Positions 28,563 through 39,295 of a DNA stretch of 64,000 bases are shown here, piece after piece. Made by a program: the position numbers and the translations under genes. The notes below the pieces were generated by a model. That model was not told where the DNA came from and ran no database searches. It worked only from the letters and a program-made list of their open reading frames with translations. The first letter of the stretch is position 1, and every line of letters starts with the position of its first letter. Source of the stretch: Chitinophagales bacterium (GTDB lineage: Bacteria > Bacteroidota > Bacteroidia > Chitinophagales > JADIYW01); the NCBI GenBank assembly GCA_046329805.1, contig JAXLUA010000003.1, forward strand, positions 269,559-333,558. The letters run 5' to 3'.

Positions 28563-30197
28563 TTAGTCCAACGTTATATCTTTTATAGCATTGGGACGTA
28601 TTTCAATTTTTGAAGGATCTTCCGTATTGTTAAAAATCATGTAATTGGAAAAATTTGATTCTTCAGAAGAAACCGAATTATCTAATTCAATTCCATATCG
28701 TTTATAAGCAGGCTCTTTTTCCAATTCATATAAACTAATGTGGTGTTTCTGCATATCTAAAGTGATGCGCTTTTTTATTAAATCTCTTTCTAAATCTTGG
28801 TTATCGACTTCTCCGGATATTTTTTCTTCTGTTTCGAATAATGAAAATTGCGTTTCGTTCTGAGACAACTTATCGTTACTATAAGACCATTCATTTCCCA
28901 AATGTACTCTTGGTTTATCCACGATTTTTATATCTGACTCCGTTGAAGGGAGATTGATTTCAAATTCAATTTCGTTGGGATTATTTACCACTGTATGTGT
29001 TGCATCTTCTGAAGTTGTTGTGGCTGCGTCTTCTTCCGTTTCTGTATTTGCTGCACCGATTACGCCCACAATTTCATGTTGTAATTCTTCCGTTTTTTCA
29101 TTTGCAGTTTCCATTGGCGGCGGCGGTGTTGTTTCTGTATTTTTTGCCGGTGGTGGAGTTGCTTCTGCTTTTTTAGACTGCAAAGTATAAACTACGCGTT
29201 CCTCCAGCTGTCGTTGCTTTTGTTTGCGTTCTTTTTGTACTTCTCCAGTCTGAAATCCGGTGGCTACTAAGGTTATTGCAATTTCGTCTGCTAAAGATTC
29301 ATCTTTACATACCCCCCAAATAATTTCACAATCTGTTTGAGTTTGTGATTGTATTGATTCTGTAATTAAATCTAATTCGCGCATTTTCACGCCATTGCCA
29401 TAAGTTATATATAGCACTACACCTTTTGCGCCATAGATATCAGCATCTTCTAATAAAGGAGAGTTCATGGCTTCGTTAATAGCATCAGCAGCTCTGTTTT
29501 CTCCGACGCCTTTGCCGATTCCGATAATGGCAACACCACTATTAGACATTACACGTTTTACGTCATTAAAATCCACATTTATTTTTCCCGGTTTAGTAAT
29601 AATTTCAGTAATCCCTTTAGCCGCTGTTGTCAAAATATCATCAGCTTTGGAGAATGCTTCATCAATATCTAAATCAGGATAAATATCATACAATTTATTG
29701 TTAGAAATTACGATAAGTGCATCTACGTTTTCTTTCATATTTTGAATACCTCGTTCTGCTTTATCGCGTTTAGGTTTTCCTTCATTAGAGAACGGTATCG
29801 TAACAATACCAACGGTAAGTATTCCTAATTCTTTTGCAATTTTAGAAACAATTGGAGCGCCGCCGGTGCCCGTGCCACCGCCCATACCTGCCGTTACAAA
29901 CACCATTTTGGTATTGTTGGACAGATACATTCTTATTTCTTCTTCCGCCTCAAGTGCGGCGCGTCTTCCTTCTTCGGGATCTGCACCGGCGCCCAAGCCT
30001 TCTAACAAGTTTGTTCCTAATTGTATTTTTGAAGATACGGGACTTTTTAATAAATCTTGTTTATCGGTATTGCACACTCCAAAGTTTACACCGGGAATAC
30101 CTTGTTCGTACATATAATTTACGGCATTACAACCGCCTCCACCAACACCTAATACTTTAATAATGGAGTTATTTTCGCTAAACATTTCAAATTCCAT
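28563..30197 (-). CDS. ftsZ: Cell-division GTPase FtsZ (544 aa, long C-terminal linker and tail)
   Basis: IKVLGVGGGGCNAVNYM, GMGGGTGTGGAPIVSKIAKE. Confidence 0.97.
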   Translation of the reverse strand: MEFEMFSENNSIIKVLGVGGGGCNAVNYMYEQGIPGVNFGVCNTDKQDLLKSPVSSKIQLGTNLLEGLGAGADPEEGRRAALEAEEEIRMYLSNNTKMVFVTAGMGGGTGTGGAPIVSKIAKELGILTVGIVTIPFSNEGKPKRDKAERGIQNMKENVDALIVISNNKLYDIYPDLDIDEAFSKADDILTTAAKGITEIITKPGKINVDFNDVKRVMSNSGVAIIGIGKGVGENRAADAINEAMNSPLLEDADIYGAKGVVLYITYGNGVKMRELDLITESIQSQTQTDCEIIWGVCKDESLADEIAITLVATGFQTGEVQKERKQKQRQLEERVVYTLQSKKAEATPPPAKNTETTPPPPMETANEKTEELQHEIVGVIGAANTETEEDAATTTSEDATHTVVNNPNEIEFEINLPSTESDIKIVDKPRVHLGNEWSYSNDKLSQNETQFSLFETEEKISGEVDNQDLERDLIKKRITLDMQKHHISLYELEKEPAYKRYGIELDNSVSSEESNFSNYMIFNNTEDPSKIEIRPNAIKDITLD

Positions 30198-30219
30198 GTT
30201 GTCTTATTTTTATGGTTTA

Positions 30220-31698
30220 TTATTTACTTTCAAAATCTTCAATATCGGATTGAATCCACTTTCCAAATTTATTACTTAGAGAGGAAAACAAAGACACTCT
30301 TCTGCCGGCATCTCTGCCTTGTATTACTGTTTCCACATCCGTATCCGCTTTTTCTATTTTTTTAGAAATATCGATGGATTCATTTTCCAAAATCGGTGTG
30401 TTTGCTACTTCTTCTTTTACAATAATATCTTCTTTTTTTGCCGGTTTTGGAGCAAACATTTCTTCTTGTCCGTTTAATATTGCTTCTTCTCTCATTTTAA
30501 AACCACGAATCAGCAAGCCGATACCTGTAGCATAAATCGGGTTATCGACATTGGGTATTTTAGTCGATGCCAAATGTTCTCTTGGAAAACCTAATCTTGC
30601 ACTTTGTCCTGTTTCGGTTTCTGTCAATCGGGCTAAATGTTGCAATTGGGAGCCACCACCGGTTAATACGATACCGCCGATTAATTTCTTTTCAAATTTC
30701 GATAAGTTAATTTGAAATGCTACATGTGCTAAAATTTCGCGCATACGGGCAGAGATAACTTTAGAGACCGCCAGTAAATTCACTTCATTTTTTCCGATTG
30801 TTCTTGATGCGCCTTCTCCTTGAATGGAAACGTGTTTGTTGCGCAATGCCTCGGAAGGGATGGCACTACCGTATTGTTTCTTCAACGATTCAGCTTGGTC
30901 TTTTAGGATTTTAAAATCTTTTAAGTCGTCTGTTATTGTGTTTCCGCCCAATGGAATTACTGCCGTGTGTCTAATTACAAAATTTTCGAAAATAGCAATA
31001 TCCGTAGTACCTCCACCGATATCTACTAAGCATACGCCACCTTCCAATTCTTCTTTACTCAATACGGCATCAGCGGAAGCCAATGGCTCTAACTCAATAC
31101 TTGCAACTTCTAACCCAGCGGTAATTACACAACGTTCTATATTTTGTATTGCTGCGATTGCGCCGGTAATGATATGGAAATTCCCTTCTAACCGAACGCC
31201 CATCATACCGATAGGTTCTCCGTATATTCCCGGCTCATTATCCACGATGTATTCTTGTGGCAGTACGTGTAAAATTTTATCTCCCGGTGGTAATGCCAAT
31301 TTATACATTTCATTTTTCAGCTTCTGAATATCTTCATAGCTAATCCATGTTTCATTATTATTCCTCGTGAGAATACCGCGATGTTGTAAACTTTTGATAT
31401 GCTGACCGGCAATACCAACGTGTACTTGTTTAAATTTTACGCCCGACTGTTGCTCTGCATCTGCCACGGCTTTTCTGATGGACTCTACGGTTTTAGCAAT
31501 ATTCACTACTACACCACGTTGTACGCCGAACGATGGGCAATTCCCAATGCCCAAAATTTCAATTTTTCCAAATTGATTTTTTCTGCCTACTAAAGCAGCA
31601 ATTTTTGAGGTGCCGATATCAATCGCGCATACAATGTTTTCTGTAGGATTTGCTAAGTTCATCTCCATCTCGGATTTTGTTACATTATCAACTTGCAT
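30220..31698 (-). CDS. ftsA: Cell-division protein FtsA
   Basis: Actin-like ATPase motifs AIDIGTSKIAALVG, VDIGGGTTDIAIF and LTGGGSQL. Confidence 0.95.
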   Translation of the reverse strand: MQVDNVTKSEMEMNLANPTENIVCAIDIGTSKIAALVGRKNQFGKIEILGIGNCPSFGVQRGVVVNIAKTVESIRKAVADAEQQSGVKFKQVHVGIAGQHIKSLQHRGILTRNNNETWISYEDIQKLKNEMYKLALPPGDKILHVLPQEYIVDNEPGIYGEPIGMMGVRLEGNFHIITGAIAAIQNIERCVITAGLEVASIELEPLASADAVLSKEELEGGVCLVDIGGGTTDIAIFENFVIRHTAVIPLGGNTITDDLKDFKILKDQAESLKKQYGSAIPSEALRNKHVSIQGEGASRTIGKNEVNLLAVSKVISARMREILAHVAFQINLSKFEKKLIGGIVLTGGGSQLQHLARLTETETGQSARLGFPREHLASTKIPNVDNPIYATGIGLLIRGFKMREEAILNGQEEMFAPKPAKKEDIIVKEEVANTPILENESIDISKKIEKADTDVETVIQGRDAGRRVSLFSSLSNKFGKWIQSDIEDFESK

Positions 31699-31709
31699 AT
31701 TTCATAATT

Positions 31710-32474
31710 TTATTTGATACAAACCACTTGATTTTTATACATAATGTTTATAACCTTGTAATAGTCCCAACCCACCTTTCTCAACACATCAAAGTAAAAG
31801 ACATCTAATTGTTTTAATTTCTTTTCCAGATTAGCAGTATCTCCTAACAAGATAGTGCAGTTTCCCAAGCGAGGAATCAGCTCCAGTTGTCCGCTATTGT
31901 TGATGTTATACTGTCCAATCATTGCGTTCCATAATTCATTTTTATTTATCAAGCGAATGGTGGAAAATAATTGTTTTAAGGCAACACTATTTACTTTTTT
32001 TGTAGAATCACATTGCTCTGTAATGTATCCCGTAACAACCGGTACTTTGGCGGTATAGTTATTCGTTGTAGGGAATTTTATTCCATCCTCATCTACATAG
32101 AACGATTGCCCTTGTTGGTTATACACTCTGAGCAACGGGATTCTTTGTTCTACTTTTATGCTTAAATTGCCTTGATTATCAACAAAAGCATTTGCATATT
32201 TTACTTGTGGAATTTGGCCAACCACTAGTTCAATGTGTTCTAAATTTTTTCCGGAAAGATTTTTCCCTTCTACCTTAAAATTACGTTGGATAACCTCTAG
32301 CACTTGGTCTTTTTCTACAAAATAATTTCCTTCAATATCATCTACGGCGATTGTTATTTTTTTCACACGCTCCCCGGAGCGATATATATTTCCTGCTATT
32401 ACTAAAAATATAAACAGCCCGATTCCTATCAGCATAGAAAGACGAATAATAATATTTCGGGTAGTTTTATTCAT
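31710..32474 (-). CDS. ftsQ: Cell-division protein FtsQ (POTRA)
   Basis: Single N-terminal TM helix, position between murC and ftsA, 254 aa. Confidence 0.8.
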   Translation of the reverse strand: MNKTTRNIIIRLSMLIGIGLFIFLVIAGNIYRSGERVKKITIAVDDIEGNYFVEKDQVLEVIQRNFKVEGKNLSGKNLEHIELVVGQIPQVKYANAFVDNQGNLSIKVEQRIPLLRVYNQQGQSFYVDEDGIKFPTTNNYTAKVPVVTGYITEQCDSTKKVNSVALKQLFSTIRLINKNELWNAMIGQYNINNSGQLELIPRLGNCTILLGDTANLEKKLKQLDVFYFDVLRKVGWDYYKVINIMYKNQVVCIK

Positions 32475-33838
32475 TAGCTTTTGCTTTCTAATAATTGGGT
32501 AATAGCATTTACTTTTGTATCGATATCGCCTGCACCTACGGTTAATACAACTTCCAAATCGCTTTTATGCTCTAATACGTTTATTAGATTTTCTTTGGTA
32601 GTGATACATTTATTTTCAATGGTTACTTTATTTAAAATAATGTCGCTTGTCACACCCTGTATTGGTTTTTCGCGTGCCGGATAGATATCTAATAAAATAA
32701 GCTCATCTGCTTTGGATAAAGAAACTGCAAACTCGTCTCCTAAATCTTTAGTACGCGAGAATAGATGCGGTTGGAAAATTACGGTTAATTTTTTATTGGG
32801 ATATAATTCTCTTGCTGCAGCAATAGTGGCGTCCAGTTCTCGGGGATGATGTGCGTAATCATCAATATATACAAATTTATCATTGTGTATATGCGTCTCG
32901 AATCTACGTTTTACTCCTTTAAAAGTAGCCACGGCATTTTTTATATCCTCCTCCGAAACACCAATATTTAAAGCTATTGCAGCTGCGCCTACTGCATTTT
33001 CTATATTGTGCTTGCCGCCATAATAAGAACGCACATTTTTAATTTCTCCTTGCGGATGTACAATATCAAACGTATATATTCCATTTACAACTTGTACGTT
33101 TTCTGCATGATATGCTGCTGAGGTATCTGTAAGGCTATAGCGTAAATTTACAACGGCAGGATTTAATATTTTTTGGGGTACATTGCTATTTGTAATCAGC
33201 ACACCACCGCTCCGTACTTTCAAACAAAATTGATGAAATGAATTTTCAATGGCTTCTAAATTTCCATAAATATCTAAATGATCTGTATCAACGGAAGTAA
33301 TTAAAGCAATATTGGGTTCTAAGTTTAAGAAAGAGCGGTCAAATTCATCTGCTTCCGCAATTGCGTATTCGTCTCCATCTATAAAATTAGAATTAAAATT
33401 AATGCAAATGCCACCTAAAAATGCGGCTACGTTTTTATTTGCTGTTTTTAAAATATGTGCAGTAATTGAGGAAGTAGAAGTTTTACCGTGCGAGCCTGCG
33501 ATAGAAATATTAAACATGCTATTTGCCACCAACCCTAACACTTGCGCACGTTTCAGCAAGGTGTAGTTTTGTGCTATATACCAATTAAACTGAAGGTGAT
33601 CTTTAGGAATTGCAGGAGTATAAATAATTAATTCTGCGGTTTTATCTAATGTTTCTATGCTATCTTCAAAAGTGATGGAGATACCTTCCCTTTCCAGCTC
33701 ATCTGTTAATGCAGTGCGAGTTTTATCATATCCGGAAACTTGCTTTCCATGGAAATTAAAGAAGCGAGCCAGCGCACTCATCCCGATGCCGCCGATGCCT
33801 AAGAAATATATCCGTTGTATGTTCGATAAATTCGTCAT
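32474..33838 (-). CDS. murC: UDP-N-acetylmuramate--L-alanine ligase
   Basis: IYFLGIGGIGMSALA, AGSHGKTSTSS, DDYAHHP. Confidence 0.95.
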   Translation of the reverse strand: MTNLSNIQRIYFLGIGGIGMSALARFFNFHGKQVSGYDKTRTALTDELEREGISITFEDSIETLDKTAELIIYTPAIPKDHLQFNWYIAQNYTLLKRAQVLGLVANSMFNISIAGSHGKTSTSSITAHILKTANKNVAAFLGGICINFNSNFIDGDEYAIAEADEFDRSFLNLEPNIALITSVDTDHLDIYGNLEAIENSFHQFCLKVRSGGVLITNSNVPQKILNPAVVNLRYSLTDTSAAYHAENVQVVNGIYTFDIVHPQGEIKNVRSYYGGKHNIENAVGAAAIALNIGVSEEDIKNAVATFKGVKRRFETHIHNDKFVYIDDYAHHPRELDATIAAARELYPNKKLTVIFQPHLFSRTKDLGDEFAVSLSKADELILLDIYPAREKPIQGVTSDIILNKVTIENKCITTKENLINVLEHKSDLEVVLTVGAGDIDTKVNAITQLLESKS

Positions 33839-33847
33839 TTGTTATTT

Positions 33848-34966
33848 TTATGGTGCAATGATTTCTGTAACAATATCATTTGCGGCGTTTATTTTAGCTA
33901 AGTTTTTGATATGTTCTGCTAATTTTCTTTGTTTATTTTCATCTTGTAATAATTCAACCGCAACAGCTCCCAATTTACCTTTTGCTTCATTGTCTTTTAC
34001 TAAAATTGCAGCATCTTTATTGACCAATGCCATTGCATTTTTCGTTTGATGATCTTCGGATACATTTGGCGAAGGTATCAAAACAACCGGTTTGCCTACT
34101 ATGCACAATTCCGAAATAGATAATGCACCGGCACGAGAAATAATAATATCTGCTGCGCTGTATGCCATATTCATTTCACGGATAAACTGAAGAATTTTTA
34201 CGTGGGCTATTGTTCTGTTTTTAGTTCTCTCGATAATTCCGTCGTAATATCCTTTACCTGTTTGCCATAATACCTGAATATTATTTTCTGCAAATAAATC
34301 CAAACTGTTTTCAATAGCTTCATTGATGGTTTTAGCTCCTAAGCTTCCGCCGATGATTAGTATTGTTTTTTTATCTTCTGACAAATTAAAGAATTTTACA
34401 GCTTCGGATTTGAGAGGTAAATTCGCTGAAATGTCTTTTCTGACGGGGTTTCCGGTCAGAACTATTTTGCTGGGATTAAAAAACAAATTCAAATTATCGT
34501 ACGCTACAAAAATCTTTTTTGCAAAGCGGGATAAAATTTTATTGGTAATTCCCGGATAAGAATTTTGCTCTTGAATAAATATTTTACCCCCTGAGAGCGC
34601 AGCCATAAACAATACAGGGCCGCTGGCATATCCGCCAACGCCAATACTGGCATCGGGTTTAAATGCTCGAACAACCTTCCACGCTTGGAATAAACTGCGC
34701 ATAAGTTTAAACGGGAACCAAATATTTTTTAGCGTAAGGCTTCGCTGCAATCCCACGACTTCTAATCCTATGATTTTATATCCGGCTTGGGGCACTTTTT
34801 CCATTTCCATTCTTCCGGCTGCACCTACAAATAAAATATCGCAATCAGGTTGTTGGAGTTTCAATGCATCGGCAATAGCAATTGCGGGGAAGATATGTCC
34901 TCCGGTGCCGCCACCTGCAATAATGTATCGCTGCTGTTGATTGCTATGGTTGGATTTATTGGTCAT
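33848..34966 (-). CDS. murG: Undecaprenyl-PP-MurNAc-pentapeptide GlcNAc transferase
   Basis: IIAGGGTGGHIFPAIAIA, IIGGSLGA, ISRAGALSISEL. Confidence 0.95.
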   Translation of the reverse strand: MTNKSNHSNQQQRYIIAGGGTGGHIFPAIAIADALKLQQPDCDILFVGAAGRMEMEKVPQAGYKIIGLEVVGLQRSLTLKNIWFPFKLMRSLFQAWKVVRAFKPDASIGVGGYASGPVLFMAALSGGKIFIQEQNSYPGITNKILSRFAKKIFVAYDNLNLFFNPSKIVLTGNPVRKDISANLPLKSEAVKFFNLSEDKKTILIIGGSLGAKTINEAIENSLDLFAENNIQVLWQTGKGYYDGIIERTKNRTIAHVKILQFIREMNMAYSAADIIISRAGALSISELCIVGKPVVLIPSPNVSEDHQTKNAMALVNKDAAILVKDNEAKGKLGAVAVELLQDENKQRKLAEHIKNLAKINAANDIVTEIIAP

Positions 34967-34969
34967 TTA

Positions 34970-35434
34970 TTATTTATAAATTTTAATCGGACTCTCATCA
35001 ATGGGCACGTCTATATTGTTATACTTTAAACTATTAATATAATATACCGTTTGACTACAAGCACCGCTTGAGTGTTTTACTTTTCTCATTTCATACTTTA
35101 CTGTAAATGTATCTATATCCGTACTTGAAAATTTTATATAACACGTAGCAACGTCATTAAAATAGATAGACACAAAAGTATCCGTGGAATTGTTAGATGT
35201 TCGGATTTTCTGATAAAAAGTGTCTTTGTCATACTTTACAAAAACAGAATCCTTATTGTATATTTTATTTGCACCAAATAATAGATTATTTCCTGTTGTT
35301 TTATCCATAAAAGAAATAGATTGCAATGCGTTCCCGTAAATATATTCTTGAGAACAACATGCAGCAAATAGGATTATGCTAATTGCTGTAACTATCTTAA
35401 TACTTTTATTATTTATTTTATCCATGAATTTCAT
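34970..35434 (-). CDS. Hypothetical 154-aa lipoprotein inserted between ftsW and murG
   Basis: Lipobox ILFAAC. It overlaps the ftsW 3' end by 17 nt and ends 3 nt before the murG start. It reads visibly more AT-rich than its neighbours. Confidence 0.6.
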   Translation of the reverse strand: MKFMDKINNKSIKIVTAISIILFAACCSQEYIYGNALQSISFMDKTTGNNLLFGANKIYNKDSVFVKYDKDTFYQKIRTSNNSTDTFVSIYFNDVATCYIKFSSTDIDTFTVKYEMRKVKHSSGACSQTVYYINSLKYNNIDVPIDESPIKIYK

Positions 35435-36611
35435 CTACTACTTTTTGTTTTGCTTTTTGTGGTGGTTTTGCTGTTTGTACTTTTTGTTCTGTGTGTCGGC
35501 TTACGCTTAAAATAATTCCCAAGGCAAATGCATTAAACCAAATACTAGATCCTCCCCAACTTATAAATGGCAAAGTAATACCCGTATTGGGCAATAGATG
35601 CACATTTACGCCCATGTGAATAATAGCTTGTAACACTAAACTCACGCCTAAGCCCACTGCCATGAGTGCACCAAAAGCACGCGGGCTATTTTTTACCAAA
35701 ATGATTATTCGCCACATAAAAAGGAGGTATAAAAACAAGATAAATGCACCACCGATTAATCCGTATTCTTCAATTAAAGTGGCGTAAATAAAATCGGAAA
35801 AGGCATCCGGCAAAAAATTACATTGTGTGCTTTTGCCCGGCGCTACACGAAACAATCCGCCTTTTGCAATGGCGATATTGGCTTGTTTTTGTTGGTAAAA
35901 ATCATCTGAATTTACATCAGGATTTGTCCAACTTTTAATACGCTGTATCCAAACGTCTGCACGGCCGTGGTCTTTAGCCAAAAACCAAGAAGCGGCAAAA
36001 ATCATACCGGCTACTACTATTCCTCCACCAATTATTGCAAGGATAAATTTTGTACTTACTCGACCAATAAACAGCACAACGATGCAAGTCATAAACAATA
36101 TTGCAGCGGATGATAAATTATCCAACATAATCAATCCGCAAATAACAACTATTGGCAGCATGATGTGAATAAGCACTTCTTTAATGTCTTTAATAACGCC
36201 TTGTTTTTTAGACAACATTCTTGCGGTGTACATAATTAATGCGAGCTTAGCAAAATCGGAAGACTGAAAGGTAAGCCCTCCCGGAATGCGTATCCAGCGG
36301 CTGGCATCATTAATTTTTACACCAAAAAATTTTGTATAGAGCAATAAAGGGATTGATATCAACAGCATCATTTGTGCAATACGCGAAAAATAGCGATGGT
36401 CAATTCTATGAACAAAGTAAATGATAAATAATCCTACACTTAAAATAAATCCATGCTTAAACAAATAATACTCCGTATTGCCTTGTTCATCTCTATAGGC
36501 TAATGAGCGCGTAGAACTATACACCAACAACAAAGAAAATGCACTTAGTATTAGCACTACGTACCAGATATACTTATCGCCTTTGATGTTATTGACTATT
36601 CTACCTATCAT
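35418..36611 (-). CDS. ftsW: SEDS-family peptidoglycan polymerase FtsW
   Basis: Polytopic membrane protein; SDFAKLALIMY, LPDAFSDFIYA, TGITLPFISWGGSS. Confidence 0.93.
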   Translation of the reverse strand: MIGRIVNNIKGDKYIWYVVLILSAFSLLLVYSSTRSLAYRDEQGNTEYYLFKHGFILSVGLFIIYFVHRIDHRYFSRIAQMMLLISIPLLLYTKFFGVKINDASRWIRIPGGLTFQSSDFAKLALIMYTARMLSKKQGVIKDIKEVLIHIMLPIVVICGLIMLDNLSSAAILFMTCIVVLFIGRVSTKFILAIIGGGIVVAGMIFAASWFLAKDHGRADVWIQRIKSWTNPDVNSDDFYQQKQANIAIAKGGLFRVAPGKSTQCNFLPDAFSDFIYATLIEEYGLIGGAFILFLYLLFMWRIIILVKNSPRAFGALMAVGLGVSLVLQAIIHMGVNVHLLPNTGITLPFISWGGSSIWFNAFALGIILSVSRHTEQKVQTAKPPQKAKQKVVDEIHG

Positions 36612-36645
36612 TTGTTTTTATTAAAAATTGATTGAATTATTGACA

Positions 36646-37983
36646 TTACAGATTCAATACATTTCTTTTAAATTGTCTGCCTCTATCTTCATAATTTTCA
36701 AATAAATCGAAGCTGGCACAACAAGGGGATAATAATACTACATCTCCTTTATCTGCAATATTATACGCCATCCGTACTGCTTGCTCCATACTTTGAGCAT
36801 CGACAATATAGCCGACTTCAGAGGCAAAAGCTGCATGTAATTTTTCATTATCTTTTCCTAAGCAAATGATGGCTTTCACTCTACTGTTTACTAAGTCTTT
36901 GAGGAGTGTATAATCATTTCCTTTATCTACCCCACCGGCAATTAACACCGTTGACTTCGTCATTGACTCCAACGCGTACCATGTAGAATTTACATTAGTG
37001 GCCTTTGAATCATTAATAAAATCTACACCTTTGATAGTGGCAACAAACTCCAAACGATGTTCAAGGTTTTGAAAATCTTCTAAGCTTTCTCTGATTTTTT
37101 CATTGCGTACCCCGACTAATTTTGCAGAGATAGCTGCAGCCATTGAGTTGTACGAGTTGTGGATTCCGTGGATAGATAGTTCGCTGATTGGCATAGTAAA
37201 GTTGTTTTTATTGAGTTGGATAATTAATTGTTCATTATGTATATACGCACCATGCTCTACCGCATGATAATAGGAAAATGGTATCTTTTGTACGTGCTGA
37301 TTTACGGAAGGTAAATATTGTTTTGTCACAGCATCATCATCACAGAAGATAAAAAAATCTGATGCATCTTGGTTTTTGGTAATACTAAATTTTGAATGGA
37401 TATAATTTTCAAACTTATACCCATATCTGTCTAAATGGTCTTCTGTGATATTGCATAAAATAGAAATGTAAGGCTTAAACGTTATGCAATTATCCAATTG
37501 AAAACTGCTAATTTCTAATACAAAATAGTCTTTATCTCCGGCGGCAACTTGGCGTGCAAAAGATGTTCCGATATTTCCGCCTAAGCCAACGTTTAATCCT
37601 GCTTTTTCTAAAATATGGAAAGTTAAAGAGGTGGTAGTGGTTTTTCCGTTTGTTCCGGTAATAGCAATTATCTTGGCTTTAGAAAATCGATAACCAAATT
37701 CTATTTCGGAAATAATCGGAATATTTTTTTCTTTTATTTTTTGTATGATAGGTGTTTTATCTGCAATGCCCGGACTTTTAATAATAGTAGTAGCAGACAA
37801 AATAATATCTTCAGAATGCCTCCCTTCTTCAAATGCAATTTGCAAAGCTGCTAATTCTTCTTTATAACTCGGCTTTATTTTTCCATAATCAGAAACAAAT
37901 ACTTCCATTCCTTGCTTCTGAGCAAGAATTGCTGCGCCTACACCGCTTTCACCACTACCTAATATGACTATTTTTTCTGCCAC
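36646..37983 (-). CDS. murD: UDP-N-acetylmuramoylalanine--D-glutamate ligase
   Basis: ILGSGESG, ITGTNGKTTTT; GTG start. Confidence 0.93.
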   Translation of the reverse strand: MAEKIVILGSGESGVGAAILAQKQGMEVFVSDYGKIKPSYKEELAALQIAFEEGRHSEDIILSATTIIKSPGIADKTPIIQKIKEKNIPIISEIEFGYRFSKAKIIAITGTNGKTTTTSLTFHILEKAGLNVGLGGNIGTSFARQVAAGDKDYFVLEISSFQLDNCITFKPYISILCNITEDHLDRYGYKFENYIHSKFSITKNQDASDFFIFCDDDAVTKQYLPSVNQHVQKIPFSYYHAVEHGAYIHNEQLIIQLNKNNFTMPISELSIHGIHNSYNSMAAAISAKLVGVRNEKIRESLEDFQNLEHRLEFVATIKGVDFINDSKATNVNSTWYALESMTKSTVLIAGGVDKGNDYTLLKDLVNSRVKAIICLGKDNEKLHAAFASEVGYIVDAQSMEQAVRMAYNIADKGDVVLLSPCCASFDLFENYEDRGRQFKRNVLNL

Positions 37984-37986
37984 TTC

Positions 37987-39288
37987 TTATCTGATTTTTA
38001 AGGTTACGAATGTGATTACTGCCAAAAGGATACTTACAATCCAAAAGCGTAAAACAATTTTTGCTTCATGGTATCCTTCTTTCTGAAAATGATGGTGCAG
38101 TGGAGACATTTTAAAAATCCTTCTTCCTTCACCATATTTCCGTTTAGTGTATTTGAAATAGCTCACCTGTATCATCACCGACAAATTTTCTACTAAAAAA
38201 ATACCGCACAACACCGGGATTAATAATTCTTTTCTTACAATGAGTGACACGGTGGCAATAACTCCACCCAACATCAAGCTGCCGGTATCGCCCATAAATA
38301 CGGTAGCAGGAAATGCATTGTACCATAAAAAACCTATAGTAGCACCGATAAGTGCAGCGCAAACTATTACTACCTCTTCAGAGTTAGGGATGTATAACAC
38401 ATTAAGGTAATCTGCAATTTTTACGTTACCGGATATATACGCAAAAATTGCCAATGTAATCAGCACTATTGCCGATACGCCTGCTGCTAATCCATCAATA
38501 CCATCGGTGAGGTTGGCAGCATTGGAAACTGCCGTTATTACGAATATTACAAATGGGATAAAAATTATCCAACCCCATTTTTGATAATCATCCGTAAATG
38601 GTTTTAGGAAATAAGAATAATCCAGCAAATTGTCTTTTAAAAACGGAATATTGGTTTTTAAGGCTTTTGTTTCGTGGGATAAAAATTTGTCGCCAACTAC
38701 AATTCCTTTTCCTTCATACATTGCATTTGCCGATGGGAATACTTGAATAGGATTATCCCAATTTATCGTGCCATCTTTTTGTATTTGATATTCAAAAACA
38801 TTATCAAAGTCTCTAACTTTTACTGAGGGATGGAAATACAACACACAACCTACTACTAAGCCTAATACAACTTGTGCTAATATTTTAAACTTACCCCGTA
38901 ATCCTTCTTTATCTTTTTTAAAGACTTTGATATAATCATCTAAAAAGCCGATAGCGCCCATCCATAATGTAGAAACGAGCAATAAGATTACATATACATT
39001 ATCTAAACGGGCAAACAACAATGTAGGAATAACAATAGCAGCTATAATAATGACCCCGCCCATGGTAGGTGTTCCTTTTTTTTGCAATTGTCCTTGCAAG
39101 CCTAAGTCGCGTACAGACTCTCCGATTTGCATTTTACGCAACCATCGAATAACACGACGACCTATGAGCATAGAAATTATCAGCGATAAGATGATAGCCA
39201 GCGAAGCACGGAATGAAATGTATTGAAATAACCGAGAGCCGGATACACCAAACGTTTCATGTAAATATTTGAATAAGTAGTATAGCAT
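37987..39288 (-). CDS. mraY: Phospho-N-acetylmuramoyl-pentapeptide transferase
   Basis: [26 protein letters not shown]. Confidence 0.95.
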   Translation of the reverse strand: MLYYLFKYLHETFGVSGSRLFQYISFRASLAIILSLIISMLIGRRVIRWLRKMQIGESVRDLGLQGQLQKKGTPTMGGVIIIAAIVIPTLLFARLDNVYVILLLVSTLWMGAIGFLDDYIKVFKKDKEGLRGKFKILAQVVLGLVVGCVLYFHPSVKVRDFDNVFEYQIQKDGTINWDNPIQVFPSANAMYEGKGIVVGDKFLSHETKALKTNIPFLKDNLLDYSYFLKPFTDDYQKWGWIIFIPFVIFVITAVSNAANLTDGIDGLAAGVSAIVLITLAIFAYISGNVKIADYLNVLYIPNSEEVVIVCAALIGATIGFLWYNAFPATVFMGDTGSLMLGGVIATVSLIVRKELLIPVLCGIFLVENLSVMIQVSYFKYTKRKYGEGRRIFKMSPLHHHFQKEGYHEAKIVLRFWIVSILLAVITFVTLKIR

Positions 39289-39295
39289 CTCTATT

